From sequence record MK250027.1: a DNA stretch of 64,000 nt; one strand, given 5' to 3'. Under the pieces are notes generated by a model. It worked only from the letters and a program-made list of their open reading frames with translations. It did not search any database and was not told where the DNA came from. Numbering within the stretch: the stretch's first letter is position 1; the number at the start of each line of letters is the position of its first letter. The translations under genes were made by a program, and so were the position numbers. This document shows positions 42,782-52,179 of this stretch, piece by piece.

Positions 42782-43336
42782 ATGGTAGCAACTTATATAG
42801 CATTTACATTTTTTGTATGTTTAGTATTATTATGTTTTACTATAATACTTTTTATATGTATATCAGTATATGATAATATGGTACAATATAATGATCCAGG
42901 TCCATTTAAGAAATGGTTTTCAAGAATTATAATTTTTATTATATGCTATTTTTTTATAAATTGGACACATTATTTAATGTTTAAACCTATACGATTTATA
43001 AGTAGTGATGAACCTGTTTTAATAACAGGAAATAATGCTACATATAGATATTATAATTATTTTCAAACAGATTCTGATGATGTAATTGTACATAAACCGA
43101 TCTATATGAAAGGTATAATATATAAGGATAAAGTATCTAATTGTAGTGATAATGATAATAATGTTAATCATCATGATATTTGTATAAAGTCAGAAGATGG
43201 CAAACATATTGAAGAAGATTATCATTATAATCCTCAAATAGAAGATTTACCTTTTGAAGAATATAAGAAACGTGTAGGATTTAAAAAGGTATTTTTTCCA
43301 GAGGAACGATATTATTTAATTTATTTTAGCAAATAA
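42782..43336 (+). CDS. Membrane protein
   Basis: Two N-terminal TM segments. Confidence 0.65.
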   Translation: MVATYIAFTFFVCLVLLCFTIILFICISVYDNMVQYNDPGPFKKWFSRIIIFIICYFFINWTHYLMFKPIRFISSDEPVLITGNNATYRYYNYFQTDSDDVIVHKPIYMKGIIYKDKVSNCSDNDNNVNHHDICIKSEDGKHIEEDYHYNPQIEDLPFEEYKKRVGFKKVFFPEERYYLIYFSK

Positions 43337-43342
43337 AAGTTT

Positions 43343-43717
43343 ATGATGAATATATTTTTAATTTTACATTTTATACCCGTAATTGTAGGACTATATATTT
43401 TTTATATAATACCTTATTTTACATTGAAAAAGAATTCATCATTATATGATTATTTTAATAATTTGGAGTTTATATCAATTCCATCTTTAACTATATTAAC
43501 AATAGTACCAATATTTAATTATATTATATTGTTTAAGTTAGTTGAAGAGTATAGTAATGATTCTGAAAAAGAAGAATGTTTAAATCAAACAGTATCTAAT
43601 ATATATGATTTCTTTAAAGAATTTTTTACAGCTTTATGGATGTTATTTGTATGGTTGTTTGGTCTTAAGTATGTATTTAGATTTTTTAATAAAATATTAA
43701 CACTTAAAATAAAGTAA
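43343..43717 (+). CDS. Membrane protein
   Basis: Three hydrophobic segments. Confidence 0.6.
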   Translation: MMNIFLILHFIPVIVGLYIFYIIPYFTLKKNSSLYDYFNNLEFISIPSLTILTIVPIFNYIILFKLVEEYSNDSEKEECLNQTVSNIYDFFKEFFTALWMLFVWLFGLKYVFRFFNKILTLKIK

Positions 43718-43723
43718 TTAAAA

Positions 43724-43996
43724 ATGGAATTAACAAAGGAATATCTTTTAGATCATGGATATGAAACAAATCATCCTGATCGTGTTTTGTGTCGTTTTTA
43801 TAAGACTAATAATGAATCTCCTGAGTGGCGAGTTAGTGTAGAACAGGAATATTTTCCATTGAGTAATAAACTTACATTCAATATTAATTGTTGGAAGTGT
43901 AATGAGAGTGGTGCTATTATTAAGCGTTCTTCCATAGGATATGCTACAACAGTTGAAGAGTTGAATAATGTTATTGCTCTATGTGGAATCGAGTAA
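43724..43996 (+). CDS. Hypothetical protein
   Basis: ORF in operon. Confidence 0.7.
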   Translation: MELTKEYLLDHGYETNHPDRVLCRFYKTNNESPEWRVSVEQEYFPLSNKLTFNINCWKCNESGAIIKRSSIGYATTVEELNNVIALCGIE

Positions 43997-44814
43997 TATT
44001 TAATATAAAGAATTTATGGTTTTGGTATTTAATAAATTATTATACCAAAACATATTTCAATAAATTTAAGAATATGTTTAAACCGTATATTAAAGATGAT
44101 AGAAAATTAACAGCTAAGAATCATATAGAAGAGATGGAAAATTCTTTTCACACTATGATTCAAACGTCTATTAGAGATTCTGTTGTATATATAGATGATG
44201 ATAATGTTTTAGATAAAAGAAATATTATTGTAGAAGATATAAAGACAGAAGATGCAGTATTTAAGTATGGAGAAGATAAACATTTATGTGTATTGAATTT
44301 TTCAAGCTATAAATATCCAGGTGGAGGTTTCATTAAAGGTGCGATAGCTCAAGAAGAAGCATTATGTCATGCAAGTGATTTATATAATGTAATCTCCGAT
44401 GAAAAATTCAATACATATTATGAACATAATCGACAAAATACTAACGGCGGATTATATAAGAATTTTGCTATCTATTCTCCAAATATTATTTTTAATAGAG
44501 TTGCTGATAATTTTATTTCTGTAGATGTAATTACATGCCCAGCACCAAATCTTTCACATTATGAAGGACATATTTATTATGCGATGAAAGCTATGAATGA
44601 TAGAATAAAATTTATTCTTGATATTGCAGAGAAACATAAACAAAAGAATTTGGTTCTTGGTGCATTTGGATGCGGAGTATTTAAGAATGATCCTCAATTT
44701 GTTGCTGAAGTATTTAAGGAATTATTGGAGTCTTCTAAATATCATTTTGAATCCATTATATTCGCAATACCGGGAGGGATTAATTATAAGAAATTTAAAG
44801 AAGTTTTTTCTTAA
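43981..44814 (+). CDS. TIGR02452/DUF2263 bacterial PARG-type macrodomain (start may be downstream)
   Basis: VLNFSSYKYPGGGFIKGAIAQEEALCHAS; VITCPAPN; LVLGAFGCGVFKNDP. Confidence 0.88.
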   Translation: MWNRVIFNIKNLWFWYLINYYTKTYFNKFKNMFKPYIKDDRKLTAKNHIEEMENSFHTMIQTSIRDSVVYIDDDNVLDKRNIIVEDIKTEDAVFKYGEDKHLCVLNFSSYKYPGGGFIKGAIAQEEALCHASDLYNVISDEKFNTYYEHNRQNTNGGLYKNFAIYSPNIIFNRVADNFISVDVITCPAPNLSHYEGHIYYAMKAMNDRIKFILDIAEKHKQKNLVLGAFGCGVFKNDPQFVAEVFKELLESSKYHFESIIFAIPGGINYKKFKEVFS

Positions 44815-44889
44815 ATATTTTTTTATTTAAAATAAAATATGTATCTTTGTATTGTTAATAAAATAATGAACAATTAAAATAACAAAGAT

Positions 44890-45111
44890 ATGAATAAGTC
44901 TCTTAAAATACAAATAACACTTCTTGTAGTCATTCTTACAGTAGGAATAATTATAGTTAACAACATTAAATCTAATGTTAACTATATTAATGAACCTTGT
45001 CCTCTTTGTGGTTCATCTGAGGTTCTTGATTTTGGTTATGATAATATGAATGGTCAAGAACATGCTCATTGTGTTACTTGTGAAAGAGACTTCTACATTG
45101 ATGTAGATTAA
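44890..45111 (+). CDS. Membrane-anchored Zn-ribbon protein (early)
   Basis: TM segment then CPLC..CVTC; promoter motif at 44839-44849. Confidence 0.7.
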   Translation: MNKSLKIQITLLVVILTVGIIIVNNIKSNVNYINEPCPLCGSSEVLDFGYDNMNGQEHAHCVTCERDFYIDVD

Positions 45112-45221
45112 AAAGTTCCTACTGTTTTTTATAATGGTTAAAGAGTATTAGAGAATATTCTTTAACCATTTTCTTTTATATATATAAACAATTATTTAAT
45201 TATTTAATATAAAATATAGAG

Positions 45222-45545
45222 ATGATAAATTTTAAAAAGAAACATGTTGAACGGACATATTTTTCTGTTATAATGTCATGGGTATATACAGGATATAAAT
45301 ATGATTCTGTTTCTGATGCAACAAATAATTTAAGAAAAGCAATAGAATATATAGAAAACAATAAATCTGATTTATATTTTGATGAAATTATATCATCTGG
45401 ATTAGGCTCAATAGCATCAGGAAATTATACAGATACTATTATTAGACCATATCTTATAGTAAGGAGAAATTATTGGGATGATATGTTTAAAACAGAACAT
45501 GAAAAAAATATATATAAACAAATAATAAATTTAACAATACCTTAA
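45222..45545 (+). CDS. Hypothetical protein
   Basis: ORF. Confidence 0.65.
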   Translation: MINFKKKHVERTYFSVIMSWVYTGYKYDSVSDATNNLRKAIEYIENNKSDLYFDEIISSGLGSIASGNYTDTIIRPYLIVRRNYWDDMFKTEHEKNIYKQIINLTIP

Positions 45546-45549
45546 AAAT

Positions 45550-45768
45550 ATGATTTATGAAATGAATGTTAAAGAAGAACCAGATATTTTTAATGAATTA
45601 AAAAAATATCTTCAAAATACATATAAACTTTCTGTTGTTGAATCTATTAATTTAATAGGTAAAATAGAAAATTTAATTAGAAAAGAAACCGATAAAATTA
45701 TAAAAAATAGAAAACCATTTGAAATTGATTTTAATAAAATTGATTTAGATGATATTTTAGATGTTTAA
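45550..45768 (+). CDS. Hypothetical protein
   Basis: ORF. Confidence 0.6.
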   Translation: MIYEMNVKEEPDIFNELKKYLQNTYKLSVVESINLIGKIENLIRKETDKIIKNRKPFEIDFNKIDLDDILDV

Positions 45769-45788
45769 AAATAATTAATTGTTAACAA

Positions 45789-46259
45789 ATGAGTTTATAT
45801 AAATATCCAAGTATACATGGTTTGAAGGATATTGCAATGATTTATAATGATTCTGAATGGGATAATGCAAAACTTAAAGTGTGGGATCCTGAATATCAAA
45901 GAGAATATAATATATCATTTACAGGTTCTACAAGACCAACTGAAACTGAACCAGGTATAGTAAGTTTCAATATATCAAAAGTAAAAGACGAAAAATCTGC
46001 TGATGAAAAATCAATAGATATTTATTTAGATAAAAGATTTCCTAATATATCTAAATTAGAGAGAAACAAATATGAATTGATTTTTAGAGCAGGTGTTGAA
46101 TATGGAAAGAATGTAAGTAAAAAAGATTTACTTAAAGAATTATTTAAATCACCATGTGAAAAATGTGGTAGTTATATGATGTCAGATAATTGTATTTGTA
46201 ATAAATTATATAACTATTGTGATTTTATAGAAGAAATAAAGAAAAGGATAGAGAAATAA
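45789..46259 (+). CDS. Hypothetical protein with Cys cluster
   Basis: CEKC..CIC..YC near the C-terminus. Confidence 0.65.
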   Translation: MSLYKYPSIHGLKDIAMIYNDSEWDNAKLKVWDPEYQREYNISFTGSTRPTETEPGIVSFNISKVKDEKSADEKSIDIYLDKRFPNISKLERNKYELIFRAGVEYGKNVSKKDLLKELFKSPCEKCGSYMMSDNCICNKLYNYCDFIEEIKKRIEK

Positions 46260-46280
46260 GAATCTCTATCCTTTATTATT
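46242..46280. terminator. Bidirectional intrinsic terminator between convergent genes
   Basis: AAAGGATAGAGA..TCTCTATCCTTT inverted repeat. Confidence 0.75.
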
Positions 46281-46284
46281 TTAT

Positions 46285-46857
46285 TTAATATTCATCATCG
46301 TCATCCCATTCATCGTCAGAATCATCATAATCTTCCTCTTCATCATCAAAATTAGAATCAGAAAGATAAATTTCTTCTATAACTACTTGATTAACTTTGA
46401 ATACCATAAGTCCTTCTGAAAATTCAAGTTCAATATCAATTTCACCATCTTCATTTGCAGGGAATATTTGAATACTTTCATCTTGTTTTAATTCAATTTC
46501 AGGTTTACAATAGGCAATATCAAAAATACCTATTGTACCAGAATCTACATCATATTTTTGATTTGTCATAGAATCATATGTACCATCGCCATATTGAGTT
46601 CCTTGAATAATACCTATAACTTCCTCATCATTTTCAAGAATTCCATCAGGATATTTCTTTGCACCCCATACATTATCATAAATATCTTCTGTTAAACAAT
46701 AACATGGATCACCAATAACAAGCGATTTTACATTTGTTAATGTTGCTGAATAACTACCACTTGTTTGCGTATATTTCTCATTAATTGATTTCTTTACAGA
46801 TTTTGATACTGATTTCATTATACTTTCATATAATGATTTCTTTTGTTTATTATTCAT
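46285..46857 (-). CDS. LYESIM-leader protein with IGDPCY/YGDG/VDSG domain and acidic tail
   Basis: MNNKQKKSLYESIMKSVSKSVKKSINE; LVIGDPCY..GTQYGDG..VDSGTIG. Confidence 0.8.
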   Translation of the reverse strand: MNNKQKKSLYESIMKSVSKSVKKSINEKYTQTSGSYSATLTNVKSLVIGDPCYCLTEDIYDNVWGAKKYPDGILENDEEVIGIIQGTQYGDGTYDSMTNQKYDVDSGTIGIFDIAYCKPEIELKQDESIQIFPANEDGEIDIELEFSEGLMVFKVNQVVIEEIYLSDSNFDDEEEDYDDSDDEWDDDDEY

Positions 46858-46929
46858 AATGTTATGTAAATTAAAAAAATTATTTTTAGTATTTATCTTT
46901 TAACAAAGATACATAAATTTTTTTAAATA

Positions 46930-46963
46930 AAAAAGAGATGTAATTTAATTATTACATCTCTTA
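46930..46963 (-). terminator. Intrinsic terminator closing the radical SAM/FETNSSSTH operon
   Basis: AAGAGATGTAAT..ATTACATCTCTT followed by a T-run on the minus strand; similar hairpins near 463, 7728, 13503, 14619, 21130, 23043, 25716, 28035, 31193, 40770, 50035, 53780, 57251, 62855 and 63531. Confidence 0.75.
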
Positions 46964-46972
46964 AATTATTAA

Positions 46973-47275
46973 TTATCCATCATATCCGTATTTACCGAAT
47001 ACATGAACAATTTCACCGCTTTTAGTTGTATAAGATTTATCATAAGATTCTAGATCATAATCACCGAAGTAATCATCATATGATTTATATCTCCAGCTAT
47101 CTTCTGTAATATCTTCCTCTGATATAGAATCTTTTGAAACTAATTTATTATGATCTCTATCAAGAACATATGTTCCATTTTTCCATCCATTATATTCATC
47201 ATCTGATGCAAATGTCAATGAATGTGTAGAACTTGAGTTAGTTTCAAATACACTTTTCCTTACTTGAATTTTCAT
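46973..47275 (-). CDS. FETNSSSTH-motif protein 4 (100 aa)
   Basis: MKIQVRKSVFETNSSSTHSL. Confidence 0.85.
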   Translation of the reverse strand: MKIQVRKSVFETNSSSTHSLTFASDDEYNGWKNGTYVLDRDHNKLVSKDSISEEDITEDSWRYKSYDDYFGDYDLESYDKSYTTKSGEIVHVFGKYGYDG

Positions 47276-47293
47276 TATATATTATTATATATT

Positions 47294-47857
47294 TTAATTA
47301 CTCTTATAGTATTCCCATGATTTTCCAAAATTTGGACAATCCAACTCTTCATCACTATTATCATTACCTGTTGATACATAACTATTATAATCAAACAAAT
47401 AATTCATAAGTTTTTTATCATTACTTATAACATCTTCGAGAAAATCACCTACTTCATTTCCATGATCTATATAACCACTATCTTCTTCATCATCATTATT
47501 CATAAATTTAATATAAGTATATTCACTACCATCATCATATTTATGAACTTTAACTTTCATATTAGCAGCATATGGAAATAGTGCTTTAATATTATGTTTT
47601 GCAAGAATATCTGTAATTGATTTAATTGCATTATTTACTTTATCAATATTATTCCAATAACAACTTGTAATTGCTTCCCATAGATATTCTGCTTTAGTAG
47701 CAGTGTCAAAATGAATATCAAAATCCCATCCAAATTCGCCTTTACCAAATATTACTTTATCAGGAAATTCATTAATATCAGATTTCTTAATAATGGAAAT
47801 AGAATGTGTTGAACTTGAATTTGTTTCAAATACACTACGTCTAACTTGTACTTTCAT
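47294..47857 (-). CDS. FETNSSSTH-motif protein 3 (187 aa)
   Basis: MKVQVRRSVFETNSSSTHSI; GEFGW, GYIDHG, TGNDN. Confidence 0.85.
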   Translation of the reverse strand: MKVQVRRSVFETNSSSTHSISIIKKSDINEFPDKVIFGKGEFGWDFDIHFDTATKAEYLWEAITSCYWNNIDKVNNAIKSITDILAKHNIKALFPYAANMKVKVHKYDDGSEYTYIKFMNNDDEEDSGYIDHGNEVGDFLEDVISNDKKLMNYLFDYNSYVSTGNDNSDEELDCPNFGKSWEYYKSN

Positions 47858-47881
47858 TTTATTTTATAAAATTAATAATTA

Positions 47882-48547
47882 TTAAATAATATAAATCTTT
47901 GGTTTATAATAAGGTGCATAAGCTTCATCGGCATAAGTAATAGTATTATTATCATCCATAATATTCCAAAAATATTCATTGAATTTTTCTACTGTTAACC
48001 AACCACCATTTTCACCAATATTTTCAAAAAATTTTTTATTTGTATCTGTATTTTTTGTAAATTCAACATATGAACCATATTCAAGTTGATTCTTAACATC
48101 TTGAATATCATACCCATGTTGTTTTGCAATCTTCTTTATATACTCTACAAACTTCTTATATACTTCTGTATCTTCTAACCAATCATCATGATTATCCTCA
48201 AAATAATGGTTTCTATATTCAGCTCTATTATAATCTTCAATATAATATGCATTATTATTTAATTCCATTGCAATATATTGAAGTTTAGCAACCCAATTAT
48301 TAATGATATAATAAATATTAGTCATTTCATCACCATTTTCGAAATCAATACCACGAAGAATAAATGTATGTTCTATAATATAATCCTTTGGATTAAATAT
48401 ACCACAGTCCATATTATCCTTATATTGCTCAAAAATAGCTTTATATACAATATCTTTTACATCATTAATTGTTCCATGTGTAATTTGTAAAGAATGTGTT
48501 GAACTTGAGTTCGTTTCAAACACCCCTCTTCTAATTTGTACTTTCAT
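47882..48547 (-). CDS. FETNSSSTH-motif protein 2 (221 aa)
   Basis: MKVQIRRGVFETNSSSTHSL. Confidence 0.85.
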   Translation of the reverse strand: MKVQIRRGVFETNSSSTHSLQITHGTINDVKDIVYKAIFEQYKDNMDCGIFNPKDYIIEHTFILRGIDFENGDEMTNIYYIINNWVAKLQYIAMELNNNAYYIEDYNRAEYRNHYFEDNHDDWLEDTEVYKKFVEYIKKIAKQHGYDIQDVKNQLEYGSYVEFTKNTDTNKKFFENIGENGGWLTVEKFNEYFWNIMDDNNTITYADEAYAPYYKPKIYII

Positions 48548-49047
48548 TAATCTGGTTCTATATAAATTTTTGTATGTTCATGATTTAAATCTTTATCGTA
48601 ATTGAAATAATCCCTATCAAATATGTCAACTTTTGATTCATCATTAAAAATATATTCTAACAATAATTGCTCAAAGTCTTCATCTTTTTCATCAAATAGG
48701 TCATTAAATACATCTTCATACCCATAGCTATAATTATCATATTCTCCCGTTTCTGAAATAAGGAATACACAATTAATATCATATTTAGATAATACTTTTT
48801 CAATGCGATATTTAGTAGACATAAAATGAGATAGATTATCACCAAATGTCATATAGTCAAATAAGTTATCTAATCTATCTTGAAAATGATTACCTTTATC
48901 TCTTTCTCGCCAAGGTAAACCAAATTTAAGTGTAGTTCCTGCATATAATTTAAGAATTTTATCATCTACAGGTTTTGTACATATAGTTAATGTATGTGTT
49001 GAACTTGAATTAGTTTCAAATACACTATGCCTTATTTGAATTTTCAT
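48547..49047 (-). CDS. FETNSSSTH-motif protein 1 (166 aa)
   Basis: MKIQIRHSVFETNSSSTHTL. Confidence 0.85.
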   Translation of the reverse strand: MKIQIRHSVFETNSSSTHTLTICTKPVDDKILKLYAGTTLKFGLPWRERDKGNHFQDRLDNLFDYMTFGDNLSHFMSTKYRIEKVLSKYDINCVFLISETGEYDNYSYGYEDVFNDLFDEKDEDFEQLLLEYIFNDESKVDIFDRDYFNYDKDLNHEHTKIYIEPD

Positions 49048-49070
49048 AATTTTCCTATTGTTTTATATTA

Positions 49071-49955
49071 TTACTTATTATATTTGTTTCTAATAAATTG
49101 AAACATTTCATCCATAGTCTTATCACCTATAGGGAATCTTTCTTTAGAAATTGAATTCTTTGCAAATTCACCCTTTACTAAATCAATATAAAATGTATAA
49201 CCACCATCATCTCCCATGTAGAATTCATTCCATTCATCATCGGACATAATACGTTTTACATCAAGTTGCTTAATTGCTAGATTATCAAAACTTAATACTT
49301 TAAACTTCTCCGTAATTTCCTTAAGATTATCAAAGATATATTTACGATTTGTTTCAATCATATCATTATGTTCCTTATGGAAATTAACTCCTCGTTGTAA
49401 ATCTTTATATCCAAGGAGAAGAACTTTAAGATTATGATTTGCCAACTTATTAATGTCATCTTCAGATAAAATTCCTACAATAGTATGAAGAACTGTATTA
49501 GGAATACTATTCATTTTCTGGATAAGTTCATCAGATGGTTTTACCAACGAAACACCAATACCATATACGAGTTTATTATCAGACCAATCCTTTAATTTAT
49601 CATAATTATCAAAGAATTGTTTTTGATTTACTGTAATATTAGCAAATACTTTCTTCGATTTAAGAAAATTAAGGAACTTATCAAGATCAGGGTGATCAAG
49701 GTCATTACCATTCAATGCAATTTCTGTATATGGATGAAGTGTATTTATAAATGGATATGTAAACAAGTCACCATGTTTCCCATGTGGCGAACATCCTTCA
49801 TAACAAAACGCACAGCCTATATTACACTTATCTGTTAATTTACAGTCTATATTCTCACTGTATGCAGGAATAAACTCATCATCATTTGTACGACGAATTT
49901 TTGTTCCATCACCCAAAATTGTTACGATATAATTACCATTCTTATAACTTGGCAT
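49071..49955 (-). CDS. Radical SAM enzyme
   Basis: CNIGCAFC (CxxxCxxC); no C-terminal SPASM cysteines. Confidence 0.9.
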   Translation of the reverse strand: MPSYKNGNYIVTILGDGTKIRRTNDDEFIPAYSENIDCKLTDKCNIGCAFCYEGCSPHGKHGDLFTYPFINTLHPYTEIALNGNDLDHPDLDKFLNFLKSKKVFANITVNQKQFFDNYDKLKDWSDNKLVYGIGVSLVKPSDELIQKMNSIPNTVLHTIVGILSEDDINKLANHNLKVLLLGYKDLQRGVNFHKEHNDMIETNRKYIFDNLKEITEKFKVLSFDNLAIKQLDVKRIMSDDEWNEFYMGDDGGYTFYIDLVKGEFAKNSISKERFPIGDKTMDEMFQFIRNKYNK

Positions 49956-50084
49956 AATTTCTTTATTTTAAAAAATTAATAAATTTAAATTTAATATCAC
50001 GAAGATACATAATTTGTTTATATATAAAAAAGAAAATAGAGAATATCTAACATTAATTAGTAAATATTCTCTATTTTAAAAAAT

Positions 50085-50582
50085 TTATAATTCTATTATT
50101 TCTAATTTATTATAAGGTATTATTCCATTATAAAAATATGTTGGATCTATTTCATCTTCAGATTCTTCATCATATATGTTGTTTTGATCTAAAGAAAGTT
50201 TATTTAAATCAATATCAGATGTTTTAATTTTAAATACAATAATTTCTAATTCTTTTTCATATCGATCTTCATATTCTTCAGCAAACTCTTCAAAATCATC
50301 GGAACATTCCAAATATGATTCCGCAACATATTCATCTGTTGCTAAAAAAACACCATGACTTATATTTTCATATGGCGTATTTTCATAATTCCAAAATCGT
50401 TTCTTTGGTATTTTTGCACCTAACCCATTTTTCTTTATTGAACGCAAATAACAAGATGGAGTTGCATGATAAAAATATTCAGGTATATTATAATTGATTG
50501 TTTCATTAATTGATTTCTTTACAGATTTAGAAATAGATTTTATTATATTTTCATATAATGTTTTCTTTTGTATAGAATTCAT
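50085..50582 (-). CDS. LYESIM-leader protein with ADP-ribosyltransferase-fold (KptA/Tpt1-like) domain
   Basis: YFYHATPSCYLRSIKKNGL..GVFLATDEYVAESY pattern (H-x-T..SI..GL; V-[FY]-L); leader MNSIQKKTLYENIIKSISKSVKKSINE. Confidence 0.65.
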   Translation of the reverse strand: MNSIQKKTLYENIIKSISKSVKKSINETINYNIPEYFYHATPSCYLRSIKKNGLGAKIPKKRFWNYENTPYENISHGVFLATDEYVAESYLECSDDFEEFAEEYEDRYEKELEIIVFKIKTSDIDLNKLSLDQNNIYDEESEDEIDPTYFYNGIIPYNKLEIIEL

Positions 50583-50727
50583 AATTTTACATAAATTAAA
50601 TTTTATTTTTATATTTATATGATGATATACAATGTAAATTTATAATAAATAATACATTAAATAAGACATTTTTATAATTATAGAATATTTAATAATAGGT
50701 AAGGTAGAATATTAAAAGATTTAAATT

Positions 50728-50985
50728 ATGACGACATTTATATATATTATATTTTTATGTTTTTATATAGCATTTGGAATAACAATATTTGGAATTTGTT
50801 ATCGGTATAACTTTTTAAATATGAGAGATGAATATATAAGAGATAAACGTGCTAATTCAGAAAATGAATCTGTATTTTTAACAATAACATTTTGGCCGTT
50901 TTTACTTATTATTATTTTATTTATTTGTATACCTAAAAGGATTATAGAATCATTAATTAAAAATATTGATGAAGAATTAAAATAG
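50728..50985 (+). CDS. Membrane protein (ends TAG; code 15 extends it to 51015)
   Basis: Two TM segments, ITFWPF. Confidence 0.65.
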   Translation: MTTFIYIIFLCFYIAFGITIFGICYRYNFLNMRDEYIRDKRANSENESVFLTITFWPFLLIIILFICIPKRIIESLIKNIDEELK

Positions 50986-51031
50986 ATAATAAATTACATA
51001 AAAATAATAAAGTAACTAATAGTATTAATTT

Positions 51032-51331
51032 ATGATACAAAATAAAATGATAACTTTATCTAAAAGTTATGAATATATAGATTATTATTGCGAGTTTGTT
51101 AAATATAAGAATAAAGTATTTAAAATTATTGTAAAATCAACAGGTACAAGAATTGCAGCATATATATTTATAATCAATAAATATGGAATATCAGAGATAG
51201 CAGAAGGTTCAGATTTTGAAGAAAATATCAGGCATTTTGATATTAAAGAATCTACAAGTAGCGATATAAAACATAAATATATATTAAAACAACTCAAATA
51301 TGCTAAGGATTTTATTACTAAGATATTTTAA
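51032..51331 (+). CDS. Hypothetical protein
   Basis: ORF. Confidence 0.65.
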   Translation: MIQNKMITLSKSYEYIDYYCEFVKYKNKVFKIIVKSTGTRIAAYIFIINKYGISEIAEGSDFEENIRHFDIKESTSSDIKHKYILKQLKYAKDFITKIF

Positions 51332-51359
51332 TAAATATTTAAAGACTTAGTAATTAACG

Positions 51360-51623
51360 ATGAATCCATTAACATATTTGATTTCATTTTTATAGAATAT
51401 ATTTTATATAATAGAAGGTTACAGTAAATGGCTATTTGATATTGTAACATTCAAGGAAAATCGATTATCAAAAAAGCGAATGGCAATCTGTAATAAATGT
51501 GAACATAATAAACATGGAATATGTGAGTTATGTGGATGTATTCTTAAAGCAAAAACAAGAGTAGATTTTATATTAGATAATAATGGAATAACGATAGACG
51601 GATGTCCAAAAAGGAAATGGTAA
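51360..51623 (+). CDS. Cys-rich Zn-binding protein (87 aa, 1 TAG)
   Basis: RMAICNKC..GICELCGCILKAKT...CPKRKW. Confidence 0.75.
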
Positions 51624-51681
51624 TTAAACTATTTCCTTTTTTCTTTATATAATAATATATGTAAAAATAGAATTATTTAAA

Positions 51682-52179
51682 ATGAAAGATATATCAACAG
51701 ATATTAAGAGAGAAATGAATGAAATACAAGATAGGATAGGTGCATTTCATGATACCGGAGTAACAGATGATGGTATGATGAAAACTAAACCTTCTATAAC
51801 CATATGTGTTGATTTTGATGGTACAATGGTAAAGCATGAATATCCTAATATTGGAGAAGAAGCAGAAGGTTGTATCGAAACATTGAAAAGGTGGATAAAT
51901 GATTATAACGTAGGTATTATTTTGGATACCATGAGATCTGATGAAACTTTAGATGAAGCTGTTAAATGGTGTAAAGAAAATGGTATTAAACTTTATGGAA
52001 TAAGTAAGGATCCAACACAAGAAAAATGGACAAATTCACCGAAGGCATATGCTCCATTTTCTATTGATGACAGGAATGTCGGATGTCCATTAGTATATGG
52101 AAAATCAAAACGACCATATGTGGATTGGAAAAAGATTGTAGAAATTTTTGAACCGGTTATTAAAATGTTTGTGGAATGA
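51682..52179 (+). CDS. HAD-superfamily hydrolase
   Basis: ICVDFDGTMV, TMR, IDDR. Confidence 0.8.
   Translation: MKDISTDIKREMNEIQDRIGAFHDTGVTDDGMMKTKPSITICVDFDGTMVKHEYPNIGEEAEGCIETLKRWINDYNVGIILDTMRSDETLDEAVKWCKENGIKLYGISKDPTQEKWTNSPKAYAPFSIDDRNVGCPLVYGKSKRPYVDWKKIVEIFEPVIKMFVE

Noticed and set aside
47219-49047. CRISPR array
   Set aside because: The repeats are degenerate, irregularly spaced (about 500-700 nt) and are coding N-termini; no cas genes or regular repeat-spacer array were seen in the window.
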